A DNA stretch of 63,347 nucleotides, the filler included, from Reclinomonas americana ATCC 50394 (taxonomy: Eukaryota), in assembly GCA_048213135.1 (NCBI GenBank). It is 8 parts of 5 records of this genome, joined end to end, with 100 filler letters (N's around TTAATTAATTAA, not from the genome) between each part and the next. Parts side by side here need not be neighbours in the genome. Positions count along the whole stretch, not along the records: positions 1 to 31,689 come from PS015428.1; 7 more parts are not named here. One strand, written 5' to 3'. This document shows positions 12,301 through 24,488 of this stretch, piece by piece (position 1 is the stretch's first letter; each line of letters begins with the position of its first letter). A model generated the notes under the pieces. The model was not told the origin of the DNA. It searched no databases and was given only the letters and a program-made list of their open reading frames with translations. The position numbers and the translations under genes are program-made.

Positions 12301-15044
12301 CCGCCGCAGTCACCCTCAAAGCCTTGTTGATTACTTCCCCCTTTGCAGTTGCTGGTGGCCCCGTTCAGGGTGGCCGTCACATTCTACACGATACCTCACT
12401 GTATAAGCACATGGTCTGCTGTCTCTCGCCCCGCAGCTTCCATCAAACCTTCAGTGATACAATGGGTGACAATGCAGCTGACGCAAAAAGCGCCCAAATG
12501 GCTCCGCCTCCAACTTGTCGGCCACCACTTGCATACGCATAAACGCATAGCGGGTCATCTGCTGACGGACATTGCGCGCTAATGCCACTGTTGGTCACCA
12601 AGTTCCCAGCCAACGAGGTGCCTTGAAAATCAACCAACAGCGCGTTGTTGACAAAAAGGCCACCACCGCCCACATGCGTGAACCCGTTCGACCAGAAAAG
12701 GCCACCATTTCCGCATTGAAACACCGTGTTGTTTGTCCACACGCCACCGACATCTGTTACCGTCGCCGACGTTGGATCCGTCACATACATCGCACCACCG
12801 CCCGTTTTCATCCAAGTGAGGTTCGTGGCCGTGTTGTTGACAAACCGAGTATCCACAGTGTTGACGACGACTCCACCGGAACCCGACACGAACACGGCAC
12901 CCCCACCCGCGCTGCCCTGCGACACCGATAAATCACCCGATCCGACAACGGAGTTGTTGGAAAACTCGCTGTCTTGGAAGACAACAGTGGCGCCAGGCGC
13001 GAGGTTGACAAGCGAAAAGGCGGCTCCGGAGGCATCGTCACCGAACTTGGTGCAACCATGCCACGTTGAGCCTGTGACTTGAACAGCAGAGAATGGGCCA
13101 GACACGAGCACGGCAGAGGACAGTGCAGAACTTGCAGCAGCACTGTGGTCCACGAACTGCGAGTTGATGATGAACAGCGATGCGGTGGTGGTAGAGCTCG
13201 AGGGAAGCGCAGTGGCGTCAAGCTGCAGGGCGCCCGCCGTGGAATCGGTAAAAAGACATCCAGAGATCACGACTTGTGGAGTCGGGGTTGAAGAGAGTGC
13301 GCTCCACGAGACTGCTGGCTGACCGCCGGTGACGGAGAGGCCCGTCATTTCGAAGCGTTGTGAATCTTGCACGATGACGGACGCCATGGCCGACATGTGC
13401 AAGACGGGCGGTGGCGATGTCGACGACGATGCCTGCAAGGTGACGTTGCGACCTGTTTGTGTGCGAGAAGCGGAGTGAGTTGAAGAAGGGAAAAGACGCG
13501 CAACTGCATCAAAGAGTGAGAGAGATATATAGAGATAGAGATAGAGCTCGAGAGAAAATAATGCGCGATCGCGAGGATAATAAGGGGAAAGTGGGGACAA
13601 GAGCAGGGGAGGTCAATATAGAAGGAAAACAAGAGCGGGAATGAGTACACGAAGAGGATGGCTTTCCTCAGATCTCCCTCTTCATCTCCCTCACTTCCAC
13701 TTGCCACGGCCGTTGGACAAGGGAAAGATTATCCACCTCCCGCGCTTATCTCCCTCTTTCCTCCTTTCCCCCCACTCTCACTTGCCACGGGAAGGACAAG
13801 AGAAAGACTATCCACCATGGCCACCCGCACTCATCCCCCCTCTTTCCTCCTTTCACGCTTCCACTTGCCACGAGAGGGACAGATCTAGAGAAAGACTATC
13901 CACCACCCGCACTCATCCCCCATCTTTCCTCCTTTCCCGCTTCCACTTGCCACGGTCGTTGAGTGAGAGTGACGAGAGGGACAAGGGAGAGACTATCCAT
14001 CTCCCGCACGCATCTCCCACTTTCCCCCTTTCCCTCACTTCCACTTGTCACGGCCGCCGAGTGAAGAGTGACGGGAGGGACAAGGGAAAGACTATCCACC
14101 TCCCGCGCTTGTCTCCCTCGTTCCCCATTTTCTTCACTTCCACTTGCCACTGGACAAGGGAAAGACTATCCACCTCCCGCACTCATTTCCCTCTTTCCCC
14201 TTCCCCTCGCTTCCACTTGCCACGGCCGCCAAGCGAGAGTGCCGAGAGGGAATAGAGAAGACTACCTACCCCCCGCACTCATCTCCCCCCTTTAAATTTT
14301 CCCCATTTCCTCACTCTCACTTGCCACGGCCGCCAAGCGAGAGTGCCGAGAGAGAATAGAGAAGACTGTCTACCCCCGCACTCATTTCCCTCTTTCCCCC
14401 TTTCCCTCACTTCCACTTGCCACGGCCGCCGAGTGAAGAGTGACGGGAGAGACAAGGGAAAGACTATCCACCTCCCGCACTCATCTCCCCTCTTTCTCCT
14501 TCTCACGCTCTCTCTCGCTCTCTCGCTCGCTCGCACATACGCACACGAACGCGTACACTCACCTCCAAGTGAGAGCGGCGCGGTCAAGACGAATGTGTCG
14601 CTGGCAAAAAGCACTTGCAGTGCCCATTCGAGCGATGCGGCCGAGTACCCACGTTGGGCACACGATGCCATGATCTGGTTCAGCGCACAGGGTGTAACAG
14701 AATCACCACACGATGTAGAGAAGGAGCCGGCGGCGGCGACATTAACTGGCGGACATGATTATTGATGTGTCAATATCAAGACTGTTTTCATCACGCAACA
14801 CGCGCACACGCACCTGCACACTGCGACGATGGAGGCGCAGCTGTTGGGAAGAATGCGCGCTCATCCAAACGCAGAACTAGCGCACGTGTGTGTGTGAGTG
14901 AGAGAGAGTGGGATGAGAGGCGGACACAACTCCGGACAGGTCACGCCACCCACGCTCACCGCTGGCTCTCGCAGTGGATGACACAGCGACGAGGGAGAGT
15001 AGCAGCAGCAACACCACTGCTACTCTCCACACGCGAGCCCACAT
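348..15044 (-). CDS. Giant multi-exon secreted/membrane protein: signal peptide, long right-handed beta-helix (Pmp-like GGG/GGA + FxxNxA repeats), C-terminal multi-pass TM region and acidic cytoplasmic tail
   Basis: ATG at 15044 gives MWARVWRVAVVLLLLLSLVAVSS (signal peptide). GT-AG exons join in frame through 14563-14745 and 12443-13454, a micro-exon array at 7100-11990 and a ~1.95 kb exon at 4188-6141 (FSDNRSVRDGAGG, NNTAAAVGGGLFA...). Hydrophobic helices lie at ~1600-2030. The model is interrupted by N gaps. The 3' end (348 vs ~930-1184) is uncertain. Confidence 0.75.
13690..14495. repeat. Intronic minisatellite, ~9 copies of an 80-105 bp unit (CACTTGCCACGG...GACAAGGGAAAGACTATCCACCTCCCGCACTCAT)
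   Basis: Core recurs at ~13698, 13779, 13862, 13944, 14042, 14141, 14214, 14318 and 14414, inside the intron at 13455-14562. Confidence 0.85.
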
Positions 15045-16004
15045 GAGGCGGTAAATGATTCGTGCGATGTTGCGCGGGTGGCGGTTTCTTGCACCACTAT
15101 AGTAGATATTCTGCACACATACATTCCAGATGTGAGGCAACAATGCAGGTGGTTTGGGAGGAGAAAACCATCGCACGTTATCTTCTCTCTTCGCTGTTTT
15201 TTTTTGAGTGTGTGATCGTGTCCCGCGAGATGAACTTCGGCAAACAAAGTCAAGCATGGCCGACTTTCGCTGGCGCCGACCACAATAAAGTTGCCGACAA
15301 AAGTAAGAGGTTGTATTGCACAAAGCGGCGCGTGATAGCGCAATGATCGACGTCGGGACTCGAGGGAAGGGGAAGGGGAAGGGAGGAGGGAGGAGGAGGA
15401 GGAGGAGGAGGAGGAGGAGGAGGAGGAGGAGGAGGAGGAGGAGGAGGAGGAGAGAGANNNNNNNNNNNNNNNNNNNNNNNNNNNNNNNNNNNNNNNNNNN
15501 NNNNNNNNNNNNNNNNNNNNNNNNNNNNNNNNNNNNNNNNNNNNNNNNNNNNNNNNNNNNNNNNNNNNNNNNNNNNNNNNNNNNNNNNNNNNNNNNNNNN
15601 NNNNNNNNNNNNNNNNNNNNNNNNNNNNNNNNNNNNNNNNNNNNNNNNNNNNNNNNNNNNNNNNNNNNNNNNNNNNNNNNNNNNNNNNNNNNNNNNNNNN
15701 NNNNNNNNNNNNNNNNNNNNNNNNNNNNNNNNNNNNNNCTGAGAGAGGCGGCGGGGGTGGTGCAGGAGGGGGAGAAGGAGGAGGGGAAGGAGGGGAAGGA
15801 GGGGAAGGAGGGGAAGGGAGAGACAATGCGAGAAAATGTACAGTGATTGATGGACACATTGAGAGGGCGAAGGGCATAAAGAGGATGTATCACGTGAGCC
15901 TGCTGTTGTTGTGCGGCACACATCGGAGCGATGTGCATAGCATAGCAGGCGGTAAATACCAAAAACAAGCGCGTCCTGCATGACACTAACAATCTCACCT
16001 TAGA

Positions 16005-16121
16005 TGATGAGGGTGGAGAGAGAGATCGCGCACACGATGATCAAGGGTTGAGGGTGGAGAGGGGCACTGATTGCACGTGCACACCGATCAAGGGTTGAGG
16101 GGTGGAGAGAGACACTGATCT
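16005..16121 (+). repeat. Second array of the ~47-bp GATCAAGGGTTGAGGGTGG repeat (2-3 copies)
   Basis: gatcaagggttgagggtggagag... and ccgatcaagggttgaggggtggagagagacactgatc match the array at 18-186. Confidence 0.75.
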
Positions 16122-16124
16122 CAG

Positions 16125-16517
16125 CTTCTCCACCGCCAGCATCTTACGCGATCAGAGGTGCACTGTGGCTACTCCCACCCTGCACTCTGCCACAACGGAC
16201 GACTCGGCCTGCACTCAGGCGTCGATCACCTTCGACGCCTCCAGTGATCTCTCTGGCGGCGAGTACTTTTTGTGCATTGACCGGGACGGCGTCGGCAGCG
16301 CTTCCGGCTTTGAGTTTGTCGTGCAGGTCGCAGTCTGTTGCGTCTCCTCTCCCTGCATCCCTTCCCCGCATCCCTTCTCCGCATCGTAGTCAGTCTCTTT
16401 CCTCTCTCTCTGCATCTCTCTCTCGCTCTCTCTCTCTCTCTCTTCTCTTCTCTCTCCCCCTCTCCCTGCATCGCAGTCATCAGTCTCTCTCTCTCTCNNN
16501 NNNNNNNNNNNNNNNNN

Positions 16518-16549
<32 letters not shown>

Positions 16550-19500
16550 TCTCTCACTCTCTCTCCTCCTCCCTCTCTCTCTCTGCATCTCTCTCCCTCC
16601 TCTCTCTCTCCCTCCCTCCCTCCCTCTCTCTCTGTGTGCCCATCCTTCTCCTCTTGTCGCACCGACTGAAAGTGCCACACAGACGCCGTCAAGCCTCAGC
16701 CCGACATTCACGTGGTCACCGGCCTCGCCTCCGCCACCGTCACCGTCCACAGCGACCACTTCCCGTCGGTCGGCACTGGCAACCTGGGAGCCTCGTTCCT
16801 CCTCACGAGCGATGCTGCGTGCACCACCGGCACAGTCAACACCCATGTCGCCTTGTCGCCGCTCGGCCAGAGCCCGAAGAGTCTGCACTTCAACATCTCC
16901 ACGGGCACCAACTTTAAGCAAGGCGCACTGAGCGCCGAGGCTCTCGGCACCTGCGACCTCGCCGCTCCCGGTGTCTACTATCTGTGTGGCAGGTGTGTGT
17001 GCGCGAGTTTGCTTCACGAGGTTGATGTGCTGCTCGACGACTCACTCCCTATTCCTGCACCCCCTCGGTGCGCAGTTTCCAATTGACCGGCGGCGTCGTG
17101 TGGCCCGTGCTCGGCGGACGCATCATTGTGGTGCAGTCGTCGACGCCGACAGTGTCCTTTGTCAACCCGCCGGTGCTCCAATTCGGCAAGGCGAACAACG
17201 TCTACGTTGGCTCGCCGACCACCAGCTTCACCAACTGCACCTCGTTCAAGCTGATGGCCTCGGACCAGGACTGCAGCTCTATCGCCGTCTACGACACGGT
17301 GGAGGGCAGTGTCGGCGCCACCACCACTGCGCTCGGTCCCAGTGGCTGCACGTCGCCGACCGGCTGCAGTCGCTACCGCCTGTCGATGACCCCCAATGCC
17401 ATCACCGGCGGCGTCGCCGTGAAGCTGTGTGTGGCCATCAACAACGGTCCCTACGTCGACAGCAGCGAGGCGTTGACGTCCGGGTTCGACGTGCAAGTCG
17501 GTGAGCCGCTGTCGAAGATGACGCCGACGAGTGTGACGACCAAGGCGGCCACCACGGTCACCGAGAATGTCGTGCAGTTTACGTTTGATCACGATTTCTA
17601 TCGTCGGCCGCGGGTGCTGCTCGGCTTGACGCAGTACAACAACAACTATGCTGGTGGGAGTGCCGGTGATACGAATGCGCATTGCGGGGAGCCTGTGGTG
17701 ACGCCGCATGGGGTGAAGACGGTGTGTACGGCGATTACTGCGAGTGGGTAAAAGGGGAAGGGACCGGGAAGGAAAGGGAGAGAGACTGCAGAGAACAATG
17801 TGGAGAAGACAGAAAATGGTGGCGTGTGTGCATGAGTGCATGAGTGCTTCTGGTGAGTGGCAGTGAGGAAGGGAATGAGGAGAAACAGAAAAGGAGGCTT
17901 GTATGGTATGAGTGAGTGGAGGAGGCAAAGATTTGTGAGGGAGTGACTGAACGGATGAGTGCTTTGGGTGGGAGAGACGGAAGAGGGAGGTGCATGAATG
18001 GCGGCGACAAAGTGACTGTGTTGTTGATAGTAGAGGCAGTGAATAGTGAAGGGGATTGTCTGTTGTGAGGGGGGCAGAAAAAGGCGCGAACGGAATGAGC
18101 GAGTGGGCGAGTAACAGTGTGGTCGAGGAAAAAGGCAGCTGCAGTGAGGAAGGGAAGTGGAAGAGACATTAATCGTGGCTTGAATGGTAAGAGTGAGTGA
18201 GTGAATGTGCTTGAGGAAAGATGCAGCGAACAAGGGAGTAACGGGTGTCTGTGTGGATGAAGGAGACAGGTGAACGGAAAGAGAGTGAATGAATGAGTGC
18301 TGGGAGAGAGGCAGAGAAACAGAGTGCCTGTTTGGGTGAGGGGAATAGAAAAGAGGCGTGAACGGAAAGAGTGAGTGAGTGCTTGAGAAGAGGGGCAGTG
18401 CTTGAGGGAGTGTCTGTGTGAGTGGGAAGCTTAAGGATAGAACAGAGGGTGTGAGTGGGAATGGCGGAGACACCGAGACTGCGGGTAGATGATCGTAGGG
18501 GTGCTTGAGGAGAAGGGCAGTGATTGAGGGAGTGTCTGTGTGAGTGGAAAAGACAGAGGTGAGTGGAGGAGACAAATAGTTTGTGAGGGAGTTTGTGAAT
18601 GAATGAGTGCTTGCAGCGAACAAGGGAGTGAGGAGTGTCTGTGTGGATGAAGGAGACAGGTGAACGGAAAGAGTGAGTGAGTGAATGAAAGCTGGAAGAG
18701 AGAGACAGTGAATGAGGGAGTGACAGGTGTCTGTGTGGATGGAGGAGACAGGAAAGAGTATGAATGGAAAGAGTGGGTGAAAGAATACTGGAGGAGTGAG
18801 GCAGTTTAAAGAGAGGATCTGTGAGAGGGCGTGGACGAAAAGTGAACGAATGCTGGAGGATAGAGACAGTGACGCAGAGTGTCTGTGGGAAAATGAGCGT
18901 GAACGAAAAGAGTGAGCGAAGAATGCCGGAGGAGAGAGCCAGTGAAAAGGAGTGTCTGTAGTAGGGCGTGAACGGAAACAGTTAATGAGTGAAAGAATGC
19001 TGGAGGAGAGAGCCACTGAAAGGAGTGTCTGCGCGGAGTGAGGGAGCCAAGAAAAAGAGGGCGTGGACGGAAAGAGTGAGTGAGTGAATGCCAGAAGAGA
19101 GAGGCAGTGAGACAGAGTGTCTGTGTTGGTGAGAGGAAGAGATAAAGAGGGAAAGAGTGAGTGAGTGAATGAATGTGTGCTTCAGGAGAAATGGAGAGTG
19201 ATGGCTGACAATCTTCTCCCTTCCCCCTCCCTCTCCCTCTCCCTCTCTCCCCCTCTCCACATCACAGCATACCTGGCCTACTACATCCACCACTCGTACG
19301 CCTACACGATGGACACGCAGTTGACTCTCACCGACAAGTCGTGGTTGCTGAGTTCTTCATCCGATCGGATTGCCAAGTCGGTGCGTTGCCTCGTCGCACC
19401 GCTCTGTGCTGCATATGATGTCGAGGTCTCACCCTTTCGAGCGCAGTCGCACAGCGTCTCCAGCGTGTACCCGTTCGCCATGGTGCCGACGTTTGCCACT

Positions 19501-22500
19501 GCGCTGCTCGGTGTGCACACGCTGCGCCAGTCGCCGCACGACACTGCGCCCACCGTGCACGGTGACAGCTTTGCGTTGTCGATTGGTTCGACTGCGCGCT
19601 ACAATGCCAATGTGCAAGGCACCGTCACCGGCACGTCTCTCGTTGAGAATGTCGCGGCGCGCGTCGCTATTGGGCCGGCGCGAGAGGATGCCACCAACAT
19701 TAGCGGATTTGTGCTGTTGTCGGGTGGTGAGTGGATCCTTTGATACAAGCGCATTCCCTCCCCCTTCCTGTTACTTGCCCCGTCTTCATTCCGGCTGTTT
19801 GAATCCCACCGCGTCGTTCCTCCTTCCATTCACCTCCTTCGCCCTTCTTCTTCATGCTCGTTGTACCTCATGCCCCTTGTCCTTTATCCCTCTTCTCATT
19901 CATCCCATTCTTGTTTCCTTTCTTCTCCCTTCTCCATCACCGTCCTCCTTCTCCCTCTTCTCCTTCTCCCTTCTCCTTCTCCCTTCTCCTTCTCCCTTCT
20001 CCTTCTCCCTTCTCCTTCTCCCTTCTCTCTTTTCCTTCTCCCTTTTCCTTCCCCCTTCTCCTTCTCCCTCTTCTCCATCTCCCNNNNNNNNNNNNNNNNN
20101 NNNNNNNNNNNNNNNNNNNNNNNNNNNNNNNNNNNNNNNNNNNNNNNNNNNNNNNNNNNNNNNNNNNNNNNNNNNNNNNNNNNNNNNNNNNNNNNNNNNN
20201 NNNNNNNNNNNNNNNNNNNNNNNNNNNNNNNNNNNNNNNNNNNNNNNNTTCTCCTTCCCCTTCTCCTTCTCCTTCTCCTTCTCCTTCTCCTTCTCCCTTC
20301 TCCTTCTCCCTTCTCTTCTCCTCTACCTCCTCTCATCTCCATCTTGCTTCTCCTTCCCCGCCTCTCCATTTGTCGCGTCGTTCCTTTCCCTCGTCCTTCG
20401 CCCTTCTGCTTCTCCACTGTCCTTTCTTCCTCTTCTCCATTCTCCCTGCTCCTTCTCCCTTCTCCGTCTCCGTTCTCTAGTGACGCGCTTTTCCTTTCCC
20501 TCGTCCTTCACCTTCTTTCATCTGCTCATTTATCCCCTTTTCCTTCTCCCTTCTCCTTCTCCCTTCTCCCTCTCCCTTCTCCCTTCTCCCTCTCCCTTCT
20601 CCCTTCTCCATCTCGCTTCTCCCCCGCTTCTCCTTCGTTGCGCCTTTCCATCCCTTCATCGTTCGCCCTTCTCCTTCTCCCTTCTCCTTTCCCCACCTCT
20701 CCATTGTCACGCATTTACTTTCCCTCATCCTTCGCCCTTCTGCTTCTCCACTGTCCTGCCTTCCTCTTCTCCCTTCTCCCTGCTCCTTCTCGCTTCTCCT
20801 TTCCCCACTAAGGCTTCTCCCTTCTTCTTTTTCTCTTTCTTTTCTTCTTACCTCTCCTCTATCCCCGTCTCCTTTCCATTTCTCACACCGCCTATTCATT
20901 CCGCGCCTTCCTTCCCGTGATCTTGATTCCTGTTCCTCCCGCTTTCTTTTCCCCCTTTTACTATTTCCTCTTCCCCCATCTCATTCTCCCCTTCTCCCAT
21001 GAGCCCTTCCATTATCCTCCTTTCCCTCACTCTCTCTCTTCTCCCATCCCTTCTCCCTTCCCAGCAACGACGCACAGCAGCAACTCGCTGACGGCCACCG
21101 TGGACCTCAAATCCATTGACGCACCGCACGGCCTGCTGGCCACGACGGCCACCGTGCAACTCTTCCTGCGAGGCTGGAAGTCGCCGGCGGCGCAGTCGAT
21201 TCAGCATCAGGTGCTGAACAACTCCATCCAGCTGATCACCGTACGGGTCGGCGACGACACGTACGTCACCGGCTTTTCGTTCCAGGTGGCGGATCCGGGC
21301 GCCGGCAGCGAGACGTACGTGACGTGGACGGCCATTGGGCGTGTGCGTCCGGGTGCGACGCCCAAGTGCCAGGCGGGCTTCTTCGGATCGGACTGCTCTC
21401 GGTGCTCGCTGAGCGTCGGCGACTCGGTGTGTGGCGAGGACCAGATGAGCGTGCTGACGTGCAGCAAGGACGGCGAGCGTGTGAAGACGGCGTGTGGTGC
21501 CGACAAGCCGGTGTGCGTCGGTCTGCCTGCGCTGAAGACGTCGTGCGAGGCGTCGTGCCTGGAGACGCTGACGACTCCCGCCACCACCGCATTCGGCATT
21601 GTGCAGGTCTTGGTTAGCGGCGACGGGCAGACCATGCTATACGTCGACGAGGCGAATGTGTTCGTGTCGACTGACACGGGTGCCAGCTGGACCGCTCCCA
21701 CCGTGGCCGGCGCCGGTGGCGTCATTTGGGGCTCGCCAGCTCTGAGTCGCGACGGTACGACCATGTGCGTTTCGTCGGGCCACACCGACACCCTCGGCGT
21801 GTACGTGTCGCGAGACGGCGGAAGCACGCGGAGGCTGTGGGCACCATCGGCATCAGCGACGACGGAGCGGTGATTGCGGTGACATTTGATACCGCACAAG
21901 TGACCGTGTCCACCGACGGCGGAGCCTCATGGTCGTCGCCGACCTTGCCGAATTTCAAATTCAGTCGGGGCTCCAAAGGGGGAGAGTCCTGCATGTTACG
22001 CAGTATCGCCGATCCCCCTTCTCCTCATCCTTCTCAACCTCCCTTCCTCTCTCTCAGTTCCACCGCCCTCTCCCACGCCAACCACCGCATCCAACAACAT
22101 TGTGAGAATTGGCAGCCACTGTCGCCATGATCGCTCAGCCAGCACCGACATGGTGGTGGTCTTGCCGGCTCCACTGTTGCCAAAGAGCACCAACACACGC
22201 TGTGTGCTGTTGGAGTCGGAGAGGAAGGCATCCACCTCCATCAACAGATCCGGCATCTTCCACCAACAAACCAGAGTAATCTCGCTGACCAACTTTGGCA
22301 GCCCCCAGGTCTCGACCGACCAGGGCGCCACGTGGAGCCAGCTGATCTCCGACGTCGTCTTTGTGGTCGTCAACAACGCCAATGGGGTGCTGTTTGCCAA
22401 GAGCGCCCAGAGTGCTTTCGGCAACGTTCAGCTGTCGGTCTCCACCGACAATGGGGCGACGTTTACGAGTGACGACTTTCCGTTTTTGAGCTCGCCGATT

Positions 22501-22707
22501 AATGCGCTGGCGGTCAGCGCAGGGCGGTTCTACGTTGCCACGCTGGATGACATTTACACGTCGGTGGATGGCGTGCAGTGGACTGATACGAAGGCGTTGC
22601 ATGGGTGGAGCTCGATTAGTGCGAGTGCGGATGGGCGGGTGGTGGTGGGGTGTGAGTTTGGTGGGCAGTGTCATGTTTCTAGGGGGTTGTTGTGTTTGAG
22701 GCCGTGA
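16125..22707 (+). CDS. Extracellular modular protein (5' end not found): Cys-containing Ig-like domains, H-type-lectin-like domains, EGF-like Cys cluster, BNR/Asp-box beta-propeller; apparent frameshift at ~21828
   Basis: Exons ~16125-16336, 16683-16992, 17076-17747, 19268-19726, 21065-21994, 22275-22707. Lectin-like motifs are FTFDHDFYRRPRVLLGL and GFSFQV..VTWTAIG. EGF-like CQAGFFGSDC. Six Asp-boxes (VSTDTGASW, VSRDGGST, VSTDGGASW, VSTDQGATW, VSTDNGATF, TSVDGVQW). Confidence 0.65.
17748..19267. repeat. Purine-rich degenerate minisatellite filling a 1.5-kb intron
   Basis: Recurrent GTGTCTGTGTG..GGAGACAG..GTGAACGGAAAGAGTGAGTGA units; ~100-bp near-duplicate at ~18223-18320 and ~18613-18710. 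Confidence 0.7.
19740..21060. repeat. Pyrimidine-rich (CTTCTC)n-type low-complexity intron
   Basis: Long CT/CTTCTC runs around an N gap; the overlapping long ORFs are artefacts. Confidence 0.8.
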
Positions 22708-23339
22708 GGGGAATAAGGGAAAGGGAGGGGGAGACGGGGGGATAGGGGAGAAGGGGGAGGTTTCTGGATTCTGTTTTTTTCATTGTTTCATTGATGTGTC
22801 TGCCGCGAAGTTGAATGTATTGATGCGGTGGCTGGTGTTGAGTGGTTGGTGAAGGGGAGCTCCAGAGAGAGAGAGGGAGAGAGAGGAAAAAATGCACAGA
22901 TCGAGTGTTGAGAGAGGAGAGGGCCACTAATCGCAAGCATGCANNNNNNNNNNNNNNNNNNNNNNNNNNNNNNNNNNNNNNNNNNNNNNNNNNNNNNNNN
23001 NNNNNNNNNNNNNNNNNNNNNNNNNNNNNNNNNNNNNNNNNNNNNNNNNNNNNNNNNNNNNNNNNNNNNNNNNNNNNNNNNNNNNNNNNNNNNNNNNNNN
23101 NNNNNNNNNNNNNNNNNNNNNNNNNNNNNNNNNNNNNNNNNNNNNNNNNNNNNNNNNNNNNNNNNNNNNNNNNNNNNNNNNNNNNNNNNNNNNNNNNNNN
23201 NNNNNNNNNNNNNNNNNNNNNNNNNNNNNNNNNNNNNNNNNNNNNNNNNNNNNNNNNNNNNNNNNNNNNNNNTTTCACACAGTGTGCAGGTTTGTCTCAC
23301 ACACTGTGTGAAACAAAAAATACAAAAAGAAAAAGAAGG

Positions 23340-23412
23340 TGCCTTCCGGCGGGATCGAACCGCCGACCGATGGCTTATTAGACCATTACTCTACCGACTG
23401 AGCTAGGAAGGC
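23340..23412 (-). tRNA. trnI-AAU: tRNA-Ile, anticodon AAU (IAU)
   Basis: Reverse complement GCCTTCC TA GCTC AGTCGGTA GAGT A ATGGT CTAATAA GCCAT CGGTC GGCGG TTCGATC CCGCC GGAAGGC A folds into a full cloverleaf; T-tracts (pol III terminator) lie just downstream. Confidence 0.93.
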
Positions 23413-23595
23413 CTTCGAGTATCTGGTGCGATCCAACATACCTCACCAGTGCATCTGCACTCCAGGATTAGTTTGCGTTGTCTCCGCGGCCGTCTACGCA
23501 TGTCTCCGCAGCAGGTTCTAGAAAGGAACGGCTGTTTTCATTGTTTGTTCTCTGGTCCACACGAGGTCCAGGGGGCGGCGGAGGAGCAGCGAGGA

Positions 23596-24488
23596 TTACT
23601 CCTTTGCCGCGGCCGCCGCCGGGTTCAGTCCGCTCAGCATCTGCTTGAGCTCGCCTGCAACGCCACACGCACACACACATACACAGTGCGTGAGTGGAGA
23701 GTCCGACACACAAAAAGCAAGCGCAACACACGCACCTGTCTTGTGCAGCGACATCATAATATCGCAGCCGCCAATGAACTCGCCCTTCAGGTACACTTGC
23801 GGGATCGTCGGCCAGTCGCTGCACACCACACATGTCACAACGCATGCGTGCGACGGGTGGCACAGCAACCGCAGCCTGTACGCAACGAATACTTCTTGAC
23901 GCCCTCACGGATCTCACTGTTCTGCAACACATCGTAGGTGACGTACTCGATCTCTGCACGCGCACTCAACGTGGTAAGCGAGAGGAGGACGAGGAGGAGG
24001 GAAGAGGAGGAGCAGCAACTGTACGAGTCGAGGATCTGCACGACGGCGCGACTAAAGCCACACATGGGCTTCTCCGGCGATCCCTTCATAAACAGCACCA
24101 GTGGGTCTGCCTTGACCGCCTGCATCAACAGAAGGAAGGAGGAGTGAGTCGTCGCACGCACAGGAGAGACACAGTGAGAGAGTGATCGCACCTCATCAAT
24201 CTGCTTCTGAATGTCGTCTTCTGACGCCGACGATGATGGCGCCTTGCGGCCAAAGTCAGGATGTGAGCCACTGGAGTCGACAGTGGAGAATGCGCGCAGT
24301 GGCAGCAGACGCGCGAATGACACTGACAAGAGGGCGAGTGAGTCACTGCAGTGACGCATCTCTTTCTCTCTTTCTCAGATGCGCACCTGTTGGTGTGCGG
24401 CTGATGCAGGAGGCAATGCGTTGCTGTGCATATGTGAGCGAGTGAAGCAAGAGAGAGTGAGACGACGACGATCGCTCACCAACAACAT
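23596..24488 (-). CDS. GRX5: Mitochondrial monothiol glutaredoxin (Grx5/GLRX5)
   Basis: Spliced product has an Arg-rich presequence, then [60 protein letters not shown]. Confidence 0.95.

Noticed and set aside
13690..14495. Repeat array resembling CRISPR
   Set aside because: The variable parts are copies of each other rather than unique spacers, units are degenerate, there are no cas genes, and the array lies in a eukaryotic intron.
17646..20920. Long ORFs (456, 516, 316 aa) rich in S/L/F/P
   Set aside because: They arise from CT/GA low-complexity introns that lack stop codons; no domain signal.
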